Shown here in pieces: positions 57,374-64,000 of a stretch of DNA of 64,000 nucleotides (within the stretch, counting starts at the first letter, position 1; every line of letters starts with the position of its first letter). This DNA is from Candidatus Wolfebacteria bacterium GW2011_GWE2_44_13. GTDB taxonomy: Bacteria > Patescibacteriota > Minisyncoccia > UBA6257 > UBA9933. The DNA lies in the NCBI GenBank assembly GCA_001000675.1, contig LCHW01000003.1:67873-131872 (forward strand), in the 5' to 3' direction. A model generated the notes under the pieces. The model was not told where the DNA came from. It did no database searches and saw nothing but the letters and a program-made list of their open reading frames with translations. A program made the translations under genes and the position numbers.

Positions 57374-57435
57374 TGTCATTCCCGCGAAGGCGGGAATCCA
57401 GCATTTAATAGATTCCCGCCTTCGCGGGAATGACA
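57374..57435. repeat. Inverted REP doublet
   Basis: TGTCATTCCCGCGAAGGCGGGAATC...GATTCCCGCCTTCGCGGGAATGACA. Confidence 0.92.
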
Positions 57436-57944
57436 AAAAATATAAAAAAGAAAAAGCCCCATCCGAAGATGGAGCTTATCATGAGCCGACCGAAGTCAGC
57501 GAAAGAAACGAAGGTGCTTGTCGTCCGCCTAGAGCAGAAGACCAATGTGCTTGCTTGAGGGACAAGTGTTTCCCTTGAGCGAAAGTGTTTGCTGTAAAGA
57601 ATATATTTTTCTTTACATGCGATTTATAAAACTTCGGAGAGAAGTAAAGAGAAGAAATATTAGAGAAGTGAGAAAATTTAATTGTAGGGCAGTAAGGTTG
57701 AATGTGCTGGCGATTACCGACACAAGTGATCAGTTTGTGTGGCTTTCACGAGAACAACCAAAGATGCATTCAGGGGTTGTCGTATACCTCCTGCAAAAAA
57801 CGATGTTTCTCTTTTCCTCTATGAAGTTTTATACTTCTATTATATAGTTCCTTGTATCGTAATGCAACTATATTTGTGGATAACCGCGTAAAGTTCGCCC
57901 GAGGCGAACCACGCGGCAAGACCCTTTTCGCGCTATATTATTTT

Positions 57945-58856
57945 ATGCATAAACCTAAACTTATAGTTATCCTTGGGCCAACTGCTTCAGGTAAAAGCGA
58001 CCTTGCTGTTGCAATTGCCCGCTTTATTGCACACCAAAAGCTTGCTACTGGCGCTGAAGTTATATCGGCTGATTCGCGCCAAGTATATACGGGCCTTGAT
58101 ATTGGGTCAGGGAAAATCACCCAAAAAGAAATGCGCGCCATCCCTCATCATCTTCTTAATGTTGCTTCTCCTAAGCGAACGTTTACTGTCACACAATATC
58201 AACGACTTGCAAAAAAAGCCATCCGCACTATCACAAAAGAAAATCGTATTCCTATTCTTTGTGGCGGAACAGGATTATATATTGATGCCATAACACACAA
58301 CTATATTCTTCCCGCTGTTCCGCCACAACCGCTCTTGCGCAAAGAGCTCGAACTGCAATCGACTGAAATGTTGTTCGCGCAACTCGAGCAACTCGACCCT
58401 CATCGAGCCCGAACAATTGATCGACACAATCGTCGCCGATTAATTCGTGCGCTCGAAATTGTTCTTATTACTCACTCCCCCGTTCCCGAACTCAAAGCAT
58501 CGTCTCCATACGACTTACTTACGATTGGCATCACTCGAACACAAGAAGAGATTGCGTCGTTAATTGAAAAGCGTTTACACAAACGCATTAAGGCTGGAAT
58601 GCTTATAGAAGTTGAACGCCTACACGCCAATGGTCTTAGCTGGAAACGGCTCGATGATCTTGGTCTTGAATATCGATGGGTCAGTCGTTTTCTTCGTGGA
58701 CTTATTTCTAAAGAATTGCTGCTTGAAAAAATTCTCCTGGAAAGTATCCAGTATGCTAAGCGCCAGATGACATGGTTTAAACGTGACAAAACTATTCACT
58801 GGATTACGAGTGAAGCCGAAGCATTACAGCTTGTCAAAAATTTTCTTACACAATAA
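57945..58856 (+). CDS. miaA: tRNA dimethylallyltransferase
   Basis: GPTASGKS, SADSRQVY, GGTGLY, YAKRQMTWF; start at 57945. Confidence 0.96.
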   Translation: MHKPKLIVILGPTASGKSDLAVAIARFIAHQKLATGAEVISADSRQVYTGLDIGSGKITQKEMRAIPHHLLNVASPKRTFTVTQYQRLAKKAIRTITKENRIPILCGGTGLYIDAITHNYILPAVPPQPLLRKELELQSTEMLFAQLEQLDPHRARTIDRHNRRRLIRALEIVLITHSPVPELKASSPYDLLTIGITRTQEEIASLIEKRLHKRIKAGMLIEVERLHANGLSWKRLDDLGLEYRWVSRFLRGLISKELLLEKILLESIQYAKRQMTWFKRDKTIHWITSEAEALQLVKNFLTQ

Positions 58857-58889
58857 AAAATCGCCAGCCCGAGGCTGACGATTTTTTTC

Positions 58890-59138
58890 TTATGCATGCC
58901 CCGCTCCGTCTTCGCGCTCCTTTTTTTCAAGTTGTCTCATAAGCGTTGCGATCGTGCTTGAAATTTCTTCGGCTGACATGTCTTCTGCCATCCGTGCAAT
59001 ATCTTTTTTTGACTTCTCAACTGACATGCTCGTTGCTTCGAATCCAGCTCGTTGCGCTTTCTCTCGTGCAATTTTTAATTTATCTTCGATTCCTTTCCCC
59101 TCCCCTGGCATTGCGGTATAGTTTCTCATATGTTCCAT
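58890..59138 (-). CDS. Hypothetical small helical protein
   Basis: 82-aa ORF directly after gatB, followed by bidirectional hairpin at ~58856-58888. Confidence 0.55.
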   Translation of the reverse strand: MEHMRNYTAMPGEGKGIEDKLKIAREKAQRAGFEATSMSVEKSKKDIARMAEDMSAEEISSTIATLMRQLEKKEREDGAGHA

Positions 59139-59156
59139 ACGTAGATAATTAATTAT

Positions 59157-60596
59157 TTATTTTAATAATTCTTCAAATAGACCTTTGAGTTCTTCTGGAT
59201 TTGCACGGCCCTTCATTTTGCCCATCACTTTTCCAACAAGAAACTGTAATGCGTTTTGTTGTCCCTTTTTATAATCCTCAATTGCTTTTGGATTTTCTTC
59301 GATTGTCTCCTTGATTACGCCCTGCAACATCTCTGTCGAAATATCTTCGTTCAATCCTTTTGCATTCATGATCTCATCGGGATCAGCTCCGGTATCAAAC
59401 ATTTCCTTTAATACATCTTTTGCGAGCCTGCTGTTTAATTTACCCTGCGCAACGAATGCGATAACTCGCGCAAAATGGAATGGGGTTACTTTTAGCGCAT
59501 CCAATCCAATCCCCGCTTCTTTCATCATCCCCCGCAAGTCACTTATGAAATAGTTGTATACTGAACTGCTTTGCATGTCGGATTGTATTGCCCTTGCTTC
59601 ACTTACTGCTCGCTCAAACCATTCGGCTGTTTCGATACTTTCGGCCAAGATGTTTGCTTGTTCTTCTCCTAGGCCGTATTCGGATACAAGTCGTTCTCGC
59701 TTTTGCTGTGGCAGCTCGATAATTTCATCTTTAATACTCTCCATATCAAAATGCGCGAGATCGATTGCCGGAAGATCAGGTTCTGGGAAATAACGATAAT
59801 CGTGTGCTTGCTCCTTTAATCGCTGCAACACGGTTTCCTTTTTCTTTTCATCCCAGCCGCGCGTTGACTGCACTACCTTCTCCCCTCGTTCCAACAACTC
59901 TATTTGTCGTTTAATTTCAAAATCGATTGAATCACTTACTGCGCGGAATGAGTTGAGGTTTTTTACCTCTACTTTTGTTCCCAGTTCATCGGTTTTACTC
60001 ACTGAAATATTTGCTTCTACACGCATCTGCCCTTTTTCCATATCTGCATCGGAAATGCCAAGGTAGCGTAAAATGAGCTGCAATTCTTTTGCGAATGCAA
60101 CTGCCTGCTCTCCGCTGGTAATATCCGGCTTTGTCACCAACTCCATAAGTGGCATACTCGAACGGTTATAGTCGATTAAGCTCGCTGGCTTCGCATCTTT
60201 CGGATAATCGGTAAGCTGACTTGAGTGTGCAATGCGCGCTGTGTCTTCTTCTAAGTGCACGCGCTCCAATCGAACACCCTTAAGCACTCCCCCCGCAACA
60301 AGCGGCTGGTCGTATTGTGATATTTGATAGGCTTTTGGTAAGTCCGGATAAAAATAATTCTTTCGATCGAATTTTGATATGGTTGGGATTTCGGACCCTA
60401 ATGCCATACCAAGCTTAATAACCTTGCGCACCGCTTCTTTATTAATCGTCGGCAAGCAGCCTGGATGCCCAGTGCATACGGGGCAAATATTTACATTTGC
60501 ATGCCGCTCCTCTGGGTCATTTGCGCACCCGCAGAACATCTTTGTCTTTGTCTTTAATTCGCTGTGGATCTCAAGTCCGATTGTTGGTTTGTACAT
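59157..60596 (-). CDS. gatB: Asp/Glu-tRNA amidotransferase subunit B
   Basis: IGLEIH, FDRKNYFYPDLPK, HLEED, EVKNLNS, YRYFPEPDLP. Confidence 0.97.
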   Translation of the reverse strand: MYKPTIGLEIHSELKTKTKMFCGCANDPEERHANVNICPVCTGHPGCLPTINKEAVRKVIKLGMALGSEIPTISKFDRKNYFYPDLPKAYQISQYDQPLVAGGVLKGVRLERVHLEEDTARIAHSSQLTDYPKDAKPASLIDYNRSSMPLMELVTKPDITSGEQAVAFAKELQLILRYLGISDADMEKGQMRVEANISVSKTDELGTKVEVKNLNSFRAVSDSIDFEIKRQIELLERGEKVVQSTRGWDEKKKETVLQRLKEQAHDYRYFPEPDLPAIDLAHFDMESIKDEIIELPQQKRERLVSEYGLGEEQANILAESIETAEWFERAVSEARAIQSDMQSSSVYNYFISDLRGMMKEAGIGLDALKVTPFHFARVIAFVAQGKLNSRLAKDVLKEMFDTGADPDEIMNAKGLNEDISTEMLQGVIKETIEENPKAIEDYKKGQQNALQFLVGKVMGKMKGRANPEELKGLFEELLK

Positions 60597-60774
60597 AGGT
60601 AGAGTGGAGAGATGTGAGATACGAGGTACGAGACGGGCTCGAAAATCACTCGCTCAGAGTACCTGCTCGTTTCAATTATTTAATTCTATTGTACGGTACT
60701 TTTGGAACATTCTGCAACTTTGCGATTCACAATACAAACGTGGCGTATAAAACGCAAAAATCGCCCGAGGGCGA

Positions 60775-61828
<1,054 letters not shown>

Positions 61829-61836
<8 letters not shown>

Positions 61837-62500
61837 ATTCCCTGTCGGTAAATACTACAAGTCTTTTTGAATAGCTCTGTTTCCCTTTGTTCCATATTCC
61901 TTGGCATGTCACGAGATTGAGATGTGCTTTCCCGTCAGTTGATTCAAATACATCTGTGGCGTCTGCGTACTGATCGTATGATTTGATTTCCCGGATAACA
62001 AAGGTGATGACCTGCCCCTTTTCATCTTCTATGGATATTTTATCACCTTTTACTAACATGTGTAGATTATCAAATACTGCGGGCAAGTTATTCTTCCACC
62101 CATAGTGCCCAGCAATAACGGCACTCCCCGTAGTCCCTGGACGCGGCCCGAGTTTGAACCAAGCTCCGTTCGCTGCTTCCTTCGGTGCGTCCATTGCTCC
62201 CTGGGGAGTGAGTCCAACGTACTCAACAGGGGCATCAACATTAATCGCAGGAATCTTAAGACGCATCGGGAGCACTACCGCCACCTGCTTAAGGGCTACG
62301 ATAGTCTGAACAACTTCGAGTATTGGCTCGCTGATTATAGGATCAGGGACAATAGGCTCTGCTATTGGTAAGACAGGCTGAATATATGCTCCTTGCATAC
62401 GCAACACCTGAATCGGAAAAAACATTGCTAGCGTAAAAAAGGTAACCCCTGCTATACCCGCAGTTATGAGTATCTTTGTGGCTATCTTTTTAAATTGCAT
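61829..62500 (-). CDS. Class F sortase
   Basis: [29 protein letters not shown]. Confidence 0.9.
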
Positions 62501-62518
62501 ATAGTATCTAAATAATTC

Positions 62519-64000
62519 TTAGCTATGCGCGAGTTTCATAGGTATTTCGAACCAGAAGGTGCTTCCCTCACCCTCTTTACTTTCAAACCCGATTGTTCCT
62601 TCATGCTGTTCGATAAAACTTTTTGCTATAAACAGCCCTAAGCCAAAGGAGTCAGGTTGCATAACCGTCGCATTTGAAGCTCGGAAGAACCGCGTAAACA
62701 CGCGGTGTTGCTCTGGGGTAGGGATACCGACTCCGGAATCTTTCACCTCAAATCGAACCTTATCCCCCTTTCTTTCCAATCTCGCTATAATTTTACCGTT
62801 CTCTTTGGTATAAATAATTGCGTTCTCCATCATCTTATTAATTGCTGCTCTAATTTTCTCACCATCCCCTTCAATGGTCGGCAAGTCACCTTCAGGAGCA
62901 ATATATTCACAGGCAATATTTTTCAATTCACTCCGCTTCGTTATTTCATTCATAACCGCAGCGGCAATACTATCAAGGGCCACCTCGTCTTTCTCAAATA
63001 CAATACGCCCTTCTTCGATGTCTATGGCTGTAAGGAGGTCGTGAATTCGATGCGTTATTTCTACGCTCGATTTATGTGTAGCTAACAAAAACTTTTGCAC
63101 TGTATCATCTAGCTTTCCGAAATCGCCATCCAGAACCGACTCCAAATTCCAATTCACGACCGTTAGTGGCGTTCGTAATTGGTGCGACATAATACTAATA
63201 AACTTACTGCGCACCTCGTTTAATTCCTTGATTTGTCTATCTGATTTTTTACGGGCAGTAATATCGCGCTCCACTATCGAAGCACCAATGATTGTTCCGT
63301 CTTCTGTTTTAATTGGAGAAATTGAAAGCGCTATATCAATCTGCACACCGTCCTTCCTCACTCGAACAGAATCGTAGTCTGCAATTGCCTCCCCTTCTTT
63401 AATCTTATTCAATAATGTCGATACTTCGTTTTGTATTTCTAAGGGAAGTAAAAATATAACCGGCTTTCCTATCGCTTCCTCTGGAGAATATCCAAACATC
63501 TTTACTGCGCCCCGATTCCACGTCGTTATAATGCCATCAAGTGTTTCTCCGATAATTGCATCGTATGAGTTTTCTACGATTAGCTGGGTTTGTCGCAATG
63601 ACTCTTCGCTCTTTTTTCTCAAGGTTATATCGCGCCCAACAAGAGAGGCTCCGATAATAGTGCCGTCCTCAGTATGCACAGGGGAAATAGAAAACTCCAC
63701 ATTAGCCTGCGTCCCGTCTTCCCGCAACCAAATCGAATCATAATCAGCTATAACTTCTCCACGTCGCACCTTTTCAAGGAGTCGTGGCAGCTCATCTTTT
63801 AGCTCTGGCGTAAACAAATTTGTCATCGGCTTCCCAATCACCTCGCTTGGCGAATACCCAAACATCTTTACAGCTCCTCCATTCCAGCTCGTAATAATTC
63901 CGTCGAGCGTCTTTCCAATAATGGCATCGTGCGACTCTTCTACAATTAATTGAATTTGACGCATTGACTCCTCTGCCCCTTTGCGTAACGTGATATCGCG
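62519..64000 (-). CDS. Multi-PAS sensor histidine kinase (5' end probably outside window)
   Basis: Two similar PAS/PAC repeats, SHQLRTPL H-box, NAIIYT, DSGVGI, GLGLFI; frame open to window edge (RDITLRKGAEES). Confidence 0.92.
   Translation of the reverse strand, partial: RDITLRKGAEESMRQIQLIVEESHDAIIGKTLDGIITSWNGGAVKMFGYSPSEVIGKPMTNLFTPELKDELPRLLEKVRRGEVIADYDSIWLREDGTQANVEFSISPVHTEDGTIIGASLVGRDITLRKKSEESLRQTQLIVENSYDAIIGETLDGIITTWNRGAVKMFGYSPEEAIGKPVIFLLPLEIQNEVSTLLNKIKEGEAIADYDSVRVRKDGVQIDIALSISPIKTEDGTIIGASIVERDITARKKSDRQIKELNEVRSKFISIMSHQLRTPLTVVNWNLESVLDGDFGKLDDTVQKFLLATHKSSVEITHRIHDLLTAIDIEEGRIVFEKDEVALDSIAAAVMNEITKRSELKNIACEYIAPEGDLPTIEGDGEKIRAAINKMMENAIIYTKENGKIIARLERKGDKVRFEVKDSGVGIPTPEQHRVFTRFFRASNATVMQPDSFGLGLFIAKSFIEQHEGTIGFESKEGEGSTFWFEIPMKLAHS

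Noticed and set aside
63240-63990. Near-duplicate DNA segments as a DGR template/variable repeat pair
   Set aside because: Explained by tandem PAS domains within one frame; no reverse transcriptase in the window.

Overview
This 64-kb window looks like the chromosome of a Patescibacteria (CPR, Parcubacteria-like) bacterium; that assignment is inferred from gene content and style, not from a search. Most of it is housekeeping genes on the minus strand: lepA, uppS, rpe, cca, pyk, hup, rny, ileS, nrdJ, ftsZ/ftsA, ybeY, recA, ftsK and gatB, with rnhB and miaA on the plus strand. There are six tRNAs and a probable 6S RNA. The main accessory feature is an ~8.5-kb element (15408-23898) integrated in the 3' end of tRNA-Lys(CTT) by a large serine recombinase. 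Its crossover site lies inside the integrase gene. Integrated, the integrase ends in an 18-aa tail read from the antisense tRNA; rejoining the ends in silico (attP) gives a different in-frame 29-aa tail stored at the far end of the island. The island also carries a terminase-small-subunit-like gene, a structured RNA candidate, and a coupled four-gene operon (Panacea/SocA-like protein, membrane protein, small PD-(D/E)XK nuclease, beta/TGT-like barrel protein) that may be an undescribed defence or toxin-antitoxin system. Other oddities: two tandem divergent sigma-70 genes, one with a duplicated region 4; IleRS with an inserted histidine-phosphatase domain; an EndoQ-like nuclease with an in-frame REP, coupled to a miniature UvrA; a trailer antisense to tRNA-Ser; and several REP/MITE families. 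All product calls come from motif recognition by eye; no database searches were run.
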